DNA from: Cupriavidus necator | Lineage (GTDB): Bacteria > Pseudomonadota > Gammaproteobacteria > Burkholderiales > Burkholderiaceae | Reading direction: 5' to 3' | Length of the DNA: 32,000 bases | Assembly (NCBI RefSeq): GCF_016127575.1 | Contig: NZ_CP066019.1 | Span: 1,650,001-1,682,000 of the forward strand | Shown: piece by piece, positions 1 to 7,479 of the stretch | Layout of the letters: each line of letters begins with the position of its first letter | Numbering within the stretch: the first letter of the stretch is position 1 | Notes under the pieces: generated by a model | Database searches by the model: none | What the model was told of the DNA's origin: nothing | Seen by the model: only the letters and a program-made list of their open reading frames with translations | Translations under genes and position numbers: made by a program

Positions 1-900
1 CTGGCGGGCACCGTGGTGTTGCTGGCCGTGCTGAGCGCCCTGCTCAGCGGCGCCTACCTGCTGCAGGGGCAGGTGGAATCAATCGTCAACAGCCTGCCCG
101 AGACGGCCAGCAAGCTGTCGCGCTCGGTCGGCGCGCTGATGAGCGGCGACGATTCCATGTGGCAGAAGGTACGTCGCGCCGCCACCGTCCTCAGCGGCAC
201 CGGCCAGCCCCCGCCCGCACGCGGCACGCAGGTGGTGGTGGAGCAAGCGCCCGCCCAGATCCACAACATGCTGCTGGCCGGCTCGGTCAGCATCTTCACC
301 ATGGCCGGACAGGCAGTGGTAGTGGTCTTCCTGCTGTACTTCCTGCTGCTGGCCGGCGATACCTTCAAGCGCAAGTTCATCAAGATGGTCGGGCATACCA
401 TTTCCGAGAAGAAGATCAGCGTGCACATGCTGGACGAGGTCAACCGCTCCATCCGCCGTTACATGGGCATGCTGCTGGTGACCAATACGGCCCTGGGCGC
501 CTGTACCTGGCTGCTGCTCAAGTGGCTGGGCGTGCACAACGCCGGCAGCTGGGCAATCGCGGCCGCGGCGCTGCACCTGGTGCCCTACTTCGGCGCCCTG
601 GCAATCGCGGTCTGCCTGGGGGTGGTGACCTTCATGCAGTTCGGCACGCTCGGCATGGCAGCCGCGGCAACGGTCGGATCGCTGCTGATCGCCACGCTGA
701 TCGGGTCGGTCGTCACCACCTGGATGACCGGCCGCATGGCGCGCATGAACGCGGTGGCCGTATTTGTTGCACTGCTCCTGTTCACCTGGCTCTGGGGCGT
801 ATGGGGCATGTTGCTCGCCATCCCGCTGATCACCATCGCCAAGGTGGTTGCCGATCACATTGAAGGGCTCGAAGTGGTGGCAGAGTTCCTTGGCGAATAG
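1..900 (+). CDS. AI-2E family (PerM/UPF0118-like) membrane transporter, 5' end outside window
   Basis: The reading frame is open from base 1, so the listed GTG at 13 is probably internal. The protein is multi-TM and hydrophobic. Its C-terminal region (LHLVPYFGALA ... WLWGVWGMLLAIPLITIAKVV) is typical of AI-2E/PerM permeases. Stop at 898-900. Confidence 0.75.
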   Translation: MAGTVVLLAVLSALLSGAYLLQGQVESIVNSLPETASKLSRSVGALMSGDDSMWQKVRRAATVLSGTGQPPPARGTQVVVEQAPAQIHNMLLAGSVSIFTMAGQAVVVVFLLYFLLLAGDTFKRKFIKMVGHTISEKKISVHMLDEVNRSIRRYMGMLLVTNTALGACTWLLLKWLGVHNAGSWAIAAAALHLVPYFGALAIAVCLGVVTFMQFGTLGMAAAATVGSLLIATLIGSVVTTWMTGRMARMNAVAVFVALLLFTWLWGVWGMLLAIPLITIAKVVADHIEGLEVVAEFLGE

Positions 901-1004
901 CCGCCCGCCATCGCCCAACGGCACTATCGATCCGCCGCTATACTGGAAAAGCGAATGCTGCACCACAGCATTCTTGCTACGCCGGGATCGTGCGGAGGAA
1001 AACA

Positions 1005-1223
1005 ATGATGTCTATATGCGACCTGTGCGAGTCGCAGCTGGACCGGCCGGGCCACGTGCCGCCGCATCCCAGGCTGGTGATGTCGGCGACCTTGCGCACC
1101 GCCAGCGGCCAGAATGCGTTTGTGTACCGTTGCGCGCACTGCGGCCAGACACTGCTGCTGGCCTCGCCCGATGGCGAGGCGCCCGACCGCTGGACCCGGC
1201 TGGATGCCGACGGATGGGACTGA
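1005..1223 (+). CDS. Small (72 aa) zinc-ribbon-like hypothetical protein (CxxC ... CxxC)
   Basis: ATG at 1005 is preceded by GGAGGA (994-999). Two CxxC pairs are present (CDLC and CAHC). GC3-rich codon usage matches neighbouring genes. I recognise no family. Confidence 0.5.
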   Translation: MMSICDLCESQLDRPGHVPPHPRLVMSATLRTASGQNAFVYRCAHCGQTLLLASPDGEAPDRWTRLDADGWD

Positions 1224-1319
1224 GCGGGATGGCTCCCGGCTGACTTGTGCTTGCGGTTGCGCAAATCGACGGCTTGCGGGTGTGGGCATAATCGTCTCAG
1301 CAGTTCCCAACCGCAAGCC

Positions 1320-1523
1320 ATGGCCAAGAAATTTCCCCTTCATCCCCGCCACCCCGAGCGCATCTGCTGGGGCTGCGACAAGTACTGCTCCGTAGACGAC
1401 ATGGGCTGCGGCAACGGCTCCAGCCGCACGCAGCACCCGATTGAACTGCTCGGCGACGACTGGCTGGAGTACGGCGACTGGGGTATCGAAGCACCTGCCG
1501 GTCCGCCAGAGACCTCAACCTAG
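1320..1523 (+). CDS. Small Cys-rich protein resembling DUF3079
   Basis: MAKKFPLHPRHPERICWGCDKYCSVDDMGCGNGSSRTQHPIELLGDDW matches my memory of the DUF3079 N-terminal signature (KKFP.HP.HPERICWGCD.YC). The internal ATG at 1320 is chosen over the upstream start at 1245, whose N-terminus is Cys/Arg junk. Confidence 0.6.
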   Translation: MAKKFPLHPRHPERICWGCDKYCSVDDMGCGNGSSRTQHPIELLGDDWLEYGDWGIEAPAGPPETST

Positions 1524-1595
1524 ACCGCCGGATTACAATCGTTGTCTCAGGCTTCCACAAGACGTCCGGCACCGCCGGCATCCACCGAGACAACC

Positions 1596-3044
1596 ATGCT
1601 GAACCTCCAGGACTCCTCGCTGCTGCGGCAGCAGTGCTATATCGACGGCCGCTGGGTCGACGGCGAGCGCCGCATCGACGTCACCAACCCGGCCACCGGC
1701 GAGCGCGTGGGACAGGTCCCGCAACTGGGCGCCGATGAAACCCGCCAGGCCATCGAAGCCGCCAACCGCGCGCTGCCGGCATGGCGCGCCCGCACCGCCA
1801 AGGAGCGCTCGGCGCTGCTGCGCAAATGGTTCGAACTGATCATGGCCAACCAGGAAGATCTGGCGCGCATCATGACCGCCGAACAGGGCAAGCCGATCGC
1901 CGAAGCGCGCGGCGAAATCGCCTACGCGGCCTCGTTTATCGAATGGTTTGCCGAGGAAGGCAAGCGCGTCTATGGCGACACCATCCCGGCGCCGGTCAGC
2001 AACCAGCGCATAGTCGTGACCAAGGAGCCGGTGGGGGTATGCGCAGCCATCACGCCGTGGAACTTCCCCGCCGCCATGATCACGCGCAAGGCCGGCCCGG
2101 CCCTGGCGGTAGGTTGCACCATGGTGCTCAAGCCGGCATCGCAAACCCCGCTGACAGCGCTGGCGCTGGTGGCCCTGGCCGAGCGCGCGGGCATTCCGGC
2201 CGGGGTGTTGTCGGTGGTGACCGGCTCGGCCGGCGCCATCGGCGGCGAGATGAGCAGCAACCCGCTGGTGCGCAAGCTCACCTTCACCGGATCGACCGAG
2301 GTTGGCCGCGTGCTGATGGCCCAGACCGCGTCGACGATCAAGAAGGTGTCGATGGAGCTGGGCGGCAATGCGCCCTTTATCGTGTTCGACGATGCCGACC
2401 TGGACGCGGCGGTTGAAGGCGCGATCGTGTCCAAGTACCGCAATGCCGGGCAGACCTGCGTCTGCGCCAACCGCATCTACGTGCAGACGGGCGTGTACGA
2501 GGCGTTTGCGCAGAAGCTGGTGGCGGCAGTAGCGGCCCTGAAGGTCGGCAACGGCATGGAAGATGGCGTGCGCATCGGCCCGCTGATCGACGACAAGGCC
2601 GTGGCCAAGGTGGAAGAGCATATCGCCGACGCGCTCGGCAAGGGCGCGCGCCTGCTGCAGGGCGGCCAGCGCCATGCGCTGGGGCATTCTTTCTTCCAGC
2701 CGACCGTACTGGCCGACGTCGGCGCCGGCATGCTGGTCGCGCGCGAGGAAACCTTCGGCCCGCTGGCACCGCTGTTCCGCTTCGAAACCGAGGATGACGT
2801 CGTCGCCATGGCCAACGACACCGAGTTTGGCCTCGCCAGCTACTTCTATGCCCGCGACCTGGGCCGGGTCTGGCGCGTCTCCGAACGCCTGGAATACGGC
2901 ATGGTGGGCGTCAATACCGGCCTGATCTCCAACGAGGTGGCGCCGTTCGGCGGCGTCAAGCAGTCTGGCGTGGGCCGCGAGGGCTCGCACTACGGCATCG
3001 AGGATTACCTGGTCATCAAGTACACCTGCATGGCCGGCATCTGA
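1596..3044 (+). CDS. gabD: NAD(P)+-dependent succinate-semialdehyde dehydrogenase
   Basis: The product is full-length aldehyde dehydrogenase fold. It has the GabD-type N-terminus (LLRQQCYIDGRWVD), the catalytic region ELGGNAPFIVFDDADLD, the Cys motif GQTCVCANR and the C-terminal EGSHYGIEDYL. Start at ATG 1596 (MLNLQD) gives about 482 aa, the typical GabD length. Confidence 0.9.
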   Translation: MLNLQDSSLLRQQCYIDGRWVDGERRIDVTNPATGERVGQVPQLGADETRQAIEAANRALPAWRARTAKERSALLRKWFELIMANQEDLARIMTAEQGKPIAEARGEIAYAASFIEWFAEEGKRVYGDTIPAPVSNQRIVVTKEPVGVCAAITPWNFPAAMITRKAGPALAVGCTMVLKPASQTPLTALALVALAERAGIPAGVLSVVTGSAGAIGGEMSSNPLVRKLTFTGSTEVGRVLMAQTASTIKKVSMELGGNAPFIVFDDADLDAAVEGAIVSKYRNAGQTCVCANRIYVQTGVYEAFAQKLVAAVAALKVGNGMEDGVRIGPLIDDKAVAKVEEHIADALGKGARLLQGGQRHALGHSFFQPTVLADVGAGMLVAREETFGPLAPLFRFETEDDVVAMANDTEFGLASYFYARDLGRVWRVSERLEYGMVGVNTGLISNEVAPFGGVKQSGVGREGSHYGIEDYLVIKYTCMAGI

Positions 3045-3054
3045 TTGCCGCGAC

Positions 3055-3897
3055 TCAGTACGCCGTGTCCGCGCACACGGCGTGCCGGGGCTCGGGGCAG
3101 CGCCCGCCGTGCCGGCAGGTGTCGCGAAAGCGCGCGATCCGGTCATGGACACGCTGCATCTGCTCCAGCTGATAGCTGGCGCGCGCAGCGCTGTAACTGG
3201 CGCCGAACTCATACAGGGCGCCAGCCGCGGCGCGGGATAGTCCTTCCAATGCCTGCGCCAGCTCCCGCCCTTCCACGCTGCGGTGCCGGCGCAGGCGCCA
3301 GGACAAGGCCTCCTGGCCCTGCGCAAGCAGGCTCTGCTCAAGGTAGCCAAGCTGCTCGGCAACGGCCTGCGCGCCATGCAGCGCCGACAGGTAGGCGCAC
3401 ACCACCGCCAGGCGCTGGTTCATCTCCCCGCCGCGGCCCAGCAGTTCGCGGGCGCAGGTGCGCAAGGTATCCGCGTCAAACGCGTTGACTTCGTCGGTGG
3501 CTTCCTGTGCATAGGCGGCCAGCGGCAGCACCGTGACTGCCAGGCCCGGCGGCAGCACGCTGGTGAAACGGCTGGCGATCGCGTGCTGCACGGTGCAGTC
3601 CAGTTCGCAGCAGGTCGGCACAGCGGCATCGACATAGAATTCCAGCGCCGGCGGCCGCCCGTGGTCCATCGACACCACGGCGCGCGCAGGCGGGTGCCCG
3701 GCCATCGCAAGCACCTCGAGGCCGGCCTCGACACAGCGCTGCTCATCGGGCTCCGCCCCCAGTGCCTGGACAATATCCTGCATCTGCAGCGTGCCAGAGA
3801 GTTCCATGCGGGTTGGCCCGGGCGGGTGGTCCCCCCTGCGGCCGCGGTCGAGCGCCATCCGCTTCCATTCGACTTGCGTCATCGCATTGCCCGTCAT
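3055..3897 (-). CDS. Hypothetical 280-aa protein (unrecognised family) occupying the flhC position downstream of an flhD-like gene
   Basis: ATG at 3897 has a strong GGAGG 4 nt upstream. It lies 22 nt downstream of the FlhD-like stop on the same strand. Codon usage is GC3-rich. The N-terminal half looks alpha/beta and the C-terminal half is Ala/Leu/Gln/Arg-rich helical. The C-terminal Cys/His patch is DTCRHGGRCPEPRHAVC. I see no similarity to FlhC. Confidence 0.6.
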   Translation of the reverse strand: MTGNAMTQVEWKRMALDRGRRGDHPPGPTRMELSGTLQMQDIVQALGAEPDEQRCVEAGLEVLAMAGHPPARAVVSMDHGRPPALEFYVDAAVPTCCELDCTVQHAIASRFTSVLPPGLAVTVLPLAAYAQEATDEVNAFDADTLRTCARELLGRGGEMNQRLAVVCAYLSALHGAQAVAEQLGYLEQSLLAQGQEALSWRLRRHRSVEGRELAQALEGLSRAAAGALYEFGASYSAARASYQLEQMQRVHDRIARFRDTCRHGGRCPEPRHAVCADTAY

Positions 3898-3919
3898 ACA
3901 GCCTCCGATTTTGGTTCCA

Positions 3920-4273
3920 CTACCCGCGCTGCGCGGCCATCACGATGGCCGCGTGCATGTTCTGCAGGGCATGCAGCGGCTCGGCGCCGGTCAGCGCGGC
4001 CACCAGCATGCTGTCTTCCAGCCTGAAACGGCACAGCACCAGGTTGGAGCGCGCCAGTGCCACCATCTGCTGCGGCGTGAGCGCGGCCAGCACACGGCCC
4101 ACTTTGCGCTCGATGCCAAGCCGGAACAGGGCCTCGGGCTCGTTCTCGCGCATCAGCCGCTGCACCAGCAGCAGGTAGGAGAGGTTCAGGTCCGTGATTT
4201 CCCGCAGGCTCTCGCCGACCAGGTCGCTGGCCGTCTCTTCAGCCGCGGTGCCGGCCGGTGTTGCATGTTCCAT
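3920..4273 (-). CDS. FlhD-family transcriptional activator paralog (117 aa; alternative start at 4303)
   Basis: By-eye alignment to E. coli FlhD (recalled from memory): DLNLSYLLLVQRL vs DINLSYLLLAQRL, ALFRLGI vs AMFRLGI, LAALTPQQMVALA vs LAALTLPQMVKLA, LVLCRFRL vs LVCHFRF. ATG 4273 is preceded by GAGGA. An upstream in-frame ATG at 4303 forms an ATGA overlap with the fnr stop. Confidence 0.75.
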   Translation of the reverse strand: MEHATPAGTAAEETASDLVGESLREITDLNLSYLLLVQRLMRENEPEALFRLGIERKVGRVLAALTPQQMVALARSNLVLCRFRLEDSMLVAALTGAEPLHALQNMHAAIVMAAQRG

Positions 4274-4299
4274 TCGGTCCTCGCGCTGGCCGGGCTTGG

Positions 4300-5133
4300 T
4301 CATTCGGCTGCCACAGCCTGGCCACCGGCCGTGCGCGGTGCAAGCCGGCGGGCATCGTGCGGGCCGCGCCGGGGCACCTGCCGATCGCACGCAGGCGCGT
4401 GCGCGGAGATCATCGGGCGCTCGGCGATGGCCCGCAAGGCGGGCTTGTCGAGCAGCGAGATGGTGCGGTGCCTCACCCGGATCAGCCCGCAGTCCGCCAG
4501 CCGCGAGAACTGCCGGCTGACTGTTTCCAGCGTCAGGCCGATATAGCTGCCGATTTCCTCCCGGCTCATGCGCAGCACGAACTCCGAGGACGAGAAGCCG
4601 CGCGCCGCAAAGCCTTCAGCCATCCACAGCAGGAAGGTCACCAGCCGCTCTTCGGCGGTCATCAGCGCCAGCATGGTCTGCAGCGCGCGTGCGCGCTGCG
4701 CCTGTCCGCCGAGCGCCAGGAACAGCTGGTTGGCAAGCTCCGGCATGCCGGCGGCGGCGCCGCGCAGCGCGTCCATGCCGAGCATGCACAGCTTGGTGTC
4801 CTCCAGCGCGGTGGCGTAGGACGCATAGTGCGGATGCGCCAGGCTGTCCAGCCCGACCAGGTCGCCGGGGAAGTGGAAGCCGACCACTTGCGTGCGGCCG
4901 TCTTCCGTGGTCACGTGGGTCTTGACTGTGCCGACGCGGATTGCGTAGAGCGAGGTCACGGGGTCGCCCAGCAGGTACAGGCACTGGCCCTTGCGCAGGC
5001 GCACCGTGCGGTGGAAGCCCCGGGCGCCGCCCGGCAAGCCCCGGGCGCCTCCCAGGCAGAAGCGGGCCAGTTGGCAATCTGCGCTGCACGGCATGCCGTC
5101 GCACGGCAGGTGGCATTCGTCTAACTGTGTCAT
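4300..5133 (-). CDS. fnr: FNR-type (Crp/Fnr family) oxygen-sensing transcriptional regulator
   Basis: The N-terminal Cys cluster is CHLPCDGMPCSADCQLARFC, with a central Cys (TKLCMLG) at the FNR Cys122-equivalent position. The cNMP-like barrel shows SLYAIRVGTVKT and GFHFPGDLVGLD. The HTH carries the E--SR recognition motif (GLTLETVSRQF). ATG at 5133 is preceded by AGAGG. The longer ORF to 5445 has a junk N-terminus. Confidence 0.85.
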   Translation of the reverse strand: MTQLDECHLPCDGMPCSADCQLARFCLGGARGLPGGARGFHRTVRLRKGQCLYLLGDPVTSLYAIRVGTVKTHVTTEDGRTQVVGFHFPGDLVGLDSLAHPHYASYATALEDTKLCMLGMDALRGAAAGMPELANQLFLALGGQAQRARALQTMLALMTAEERLVTFLLWMAEGFAARGFSSSEFVLRMSREEIGSYIGLTLETVSRQFSRLADCGLIRVRHRTISLLDKPALRAIAERPMISAHAPACDRQVPRRGPHDARRLAPRTAGGQAVAAE

Positions 5134-5375
5134 TGGCGCCTCTGGATGGAAGAGCTGAAAGCCCTTGTGCAACCATTCTATGGAGCCAGTTTCCCCAGAC
5201 AATCCGCACATTCTGATTTGCAGTACAGAAGCTTCTGATCCGGACCTGCGCTGCCGGGGCCACCGGCATCCCCGGCCATTGGCCCTGCCAGGCTGCTTGC
5301 GGGGTATCCTTGCTACAAGACCAGCACCGGATGCGCTGGCGGGCCACGCCGGCAGGACGCCGTTCAGGACATGCC
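5134..5375. promoter_or_regulatory. Divergent promoter region between fnr operon and hybrid kinase gene
   Basis: This 242-bp non-coding gap lies between divergent starts. It contains TTCTG-N10-CAGAA (5211-5230) and a second TTCTGAT at 5233-5239. No canonical FNR box (TTGAT-N4-ATCAA) was found by eye. Confidence 0.35.
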
Positions 5376-7370
5376 ATGACAAGACCCCCCGAGGACCCGC
5401 AGCAACCCGCCGGAAGCGTACCTCGTCCCGACGCTGGCGAGCCATCGGGCGGGCGTTCGCAAGAGATCCGGGCCGACCTGCCCGATGTGCCTTACCAGAC
5501 CCTGGTGGACTCCGTGCAGGACTACGCCATCTTCACGCTCGACGTCGGCGGCCATGTCTCCAGCTGGAACAAGGGCGCGGCGCGCATCAAGGGCTATGCC
5601 CGCGAGGAGATCCTGGGCAAGCATTTCTCGCAGTTCTACACGCCGGATGCGATCGCCCGGAGTTGGCCGCAAGCCGAACTGAAGGCCGCGGCCGAACAGG
5701 GCCGGTTCGAGGACGAGGGGTGGCGCGTGCGCAAGGACGGCAGCCGCTTCTGGGCCAATGTCGTCATCACCGCCCTGAAGGACGCCGAGGGCCGGCTGAT
5801 CGGCTTCGCCAAGGTCACGCGGGACATGACCGAGCGGCGCCGCGCCGCCGAGGCCCTGCACCAGAGCGAAGAAACCCTGCGGCTGCTGGTGGAGGGGGTC
5901 AAGGATTACGCGATCTTCATGCTCGATCCCGGCGGCCATATCGTCAGCTGGAATTCCGGTGCCTCTTATATCAAGGGCTACCGCCGCGACGAGATCATCG
6001 GCCGTCATTTCTCGGTGTTCTATCCGCAGGAGGATGTTGCCGCTGGCAAGCCGTCACGGCACCTGGCACTGGCGCAGCGCGTCGGGCGCGTGGAAGACGA
6101 AGGCTGGCGCGTGCGCAAGGATGGGTCGCTGTTCTGGGCCAATGTCACCCTGACAGCGGTATACGACGAGTCACGCACGCTGCGCGGCTTTGCCAAGGTG
6201 ACGCGGGACATGAGCGAGCGCCGCCGCCGCGAAGAGCTGGAACGCTCCAGCCAGCGCATGAATGAGTTCCTGGCCACCCTTTCGCATGAACTGCGCAATC
6301 CGCTGGCGCCGGTGCACAGCGCGCTCGCGGCGATGCGGCTGGCGCCGGAGGATGCGGTGCTGGCAAACCGGAGCCTGGCCATGATCGAGCGCCAGGTGAC
6401 CCACCTGAGCCGGTTGGTGGACGACCTGCTCGACATCGGGCGCATCACCTCCGGCCGGATCGAGCTGCGCATGGAGCCGGTCGAGTTCAACGAGATCATC
6501 GCGCTCGGCGTCGAGGCAGCGCAGCCGGCGCTGGATGCCAAGTCGCAGTGCGTCGAAGTGCGGACCCATGCCGGCTCGATCCCAATGCGTGCCGACAAGA
6601 CGCGGCTGGTGCAGGTCATGCAGAACCTGGTGCTCAATGCATCGAAATTCTCGCCGCCCGGCTCGTCGGTGACGATCGCCACCACCATCCAGAACCGCAC
6701 ACTGCAGGTCCAGGTAATGGACCAGGGCTGTGGCATCGGGCCCCAGGCCATCGACGAGATCTTCAACCTGTTCATGCAGGAAAGCCGTCCGGGCACCGAC
6801 TTGCATGGCGGGCTGGGCATCGGCCTGTCGCTGTGCCGGTCACTGGTTGAGCTGCATGGCGGCACCATCTCTGCCGCCAGTGCCGGGGCGGGACAAGGCA
6901 GCACCTTCACGCTGCGGCTGCCGCTGACGGCCTCGCACAAGGAGGACCCCCGGCCAGGAGCCGCACTGCCGGCCCAGGGTCCGGTCGCACCCGAGTTGCA
7001 GGCGCAGCGCATCCTGCTGGTCGACGACAACCGCGACGCCGCCGACAGCCTGGCCATGCTGCTCGAGATATGCGGCCACGAGGTGACCATTGCCTACGAC
7101 GGCGCCGAGGCCCTGCATGTGGCGCCCCGCTGCCGCCCGCATATCGCGCTGATCGACCTGGCCATGCCCGGCATGGACGGCTTCGAAGTGGTGCGCGCCA
7201 TGCGCCTCGTGGCCGGCACCGAGCTGACGCGCTTCGTGGCGCTGACCGGCTTCGCCCAGCCGGCGGACCGGCAGCGTACCGAGGCCGCCGGCTTCGACGC
7301 ACACCTGGTCAAGCCGGTGGAGCTGGAAACGCTGTTCGGCACCATCGCCCGGCTGCGCCCGCCGGAATGA
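5376..7370 (+). CDS. Hybrid sensor histidine kinase: PAS-PAS-HisKA-HATPase-receiver
   Basis: Two near-identical PAS/PAC units are present (DYAIF.LD.GGH..SWN ... EGWRVRKDGS.FWANV ... GFAKVTRDM.ERRR). Other domains: H-box LATLSHELRNPLAP, N/G boxes (LNASKFSP, DQGCGIG, GGLGIGLSL), and a C-terminal receiver (ILLVDDNRDAADSL ... IALIDLAMPGMDGFE ... K). ATG 5376 is preceded by AGGA. Confidence 0.9.
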   Translation: MTRPPEDPQQPAGSVPRPDAGEPSGGRSQEIRADLPDVPYQTLVDSVQDYAIFTLDVGGHVSSWNKGAARIKGYAREEILGKHFSQFYTPDAIARSWPQAELKAAAEQGRFEDEGWRVRKDGSRFWANVVITALKDAEGRLIGFAKVTRDMTERRRAAEALHQSEETLRLLVEGVKDYAIFMLDPGGHIVSWNSGASYIKGYRRDEIIGRHFSVFYPQEDVAAGKPSRHLALAQRVGRVEDEGWRVRKDGSLFWANVTLTAVYDESRTLRGFAKVTRDMSERRRREELERSSQRMNEFLATLSHELRNPLAPVHSALAAMRLAPEDAVLANRSLAMIERQVTHLSRLVDDLLDIGRITSGRIELRMEPVEFNEIIALGVEAAQPALDAKSQCVEVRTHAGSIPMRADKTRLVQVMQNLVLNASKFSPPGSSVTIATTIQNRTLQVQVMDQGCGIGPQAIDEIFNLFMQESRPGTDLHGGLGIGLSLCRSLVELHGGTISAASAGAGQGSTFTLRLPLTASHKEDPRPGAALPAQGPVAPELQAQRILLVDDNRDAADSLAMLLEICGHEVTIAYDGAEALHVAPRCRPHIALIDLAMPGMDGFEVVRAMRLVAGTELTRFVALTGFAQPADRQRTEAAGFDAHLVKPVELETLFGTIARLRPPE

Positions 7371-7479
7371 CCCGTTCCGGCACCGAACCCGACCTTCGCC
7401 AATTCCAAACACGCGCCTGCCGGCGCTGCGACACACTGACGGCCATTCCATCGCAACAGATCACAGAAAGGAGACAGCG

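Noticed and set aside
3061-3082. 8-bp hairpin CGCCGTGT-CCGCGC-ACACGGCG just after the gabD stop, considered as a possible bidirectional terminator between convergent genes that are only 10 nt apart.
   Set aside because: No U-tract follows on either strand, and the hairpin lies inside the last codons of the convergent 280-aa gene. It may still influence 3'-end formation, but it cannot be called a terminator from sequence alone.
1533-3377. Very long ORFs lie antisense to, or out of frame with, recognised genes. Examples: 1533-3377(-), 7309-8562(-), 11271-13229(-), 13600-14838(-), 19775-21250(-), 23572-25212(-), 25702-27558(-), 27264-29531(-), 29408-31978(-). Many shorter ones are also in the track.
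   Set aside because: They are typical high-GC artefacts, because stop codons are rare on the opposite strand of GC3-rich genes. Their translations are Arg/Ala/Gly/Pro-rich low-complexity strings without recognisable motifs, and each is fully shadowed by a gene with clear family signatures. Overlapping genes cannot be excluded without expression data, but nothing in the sequence supports them.
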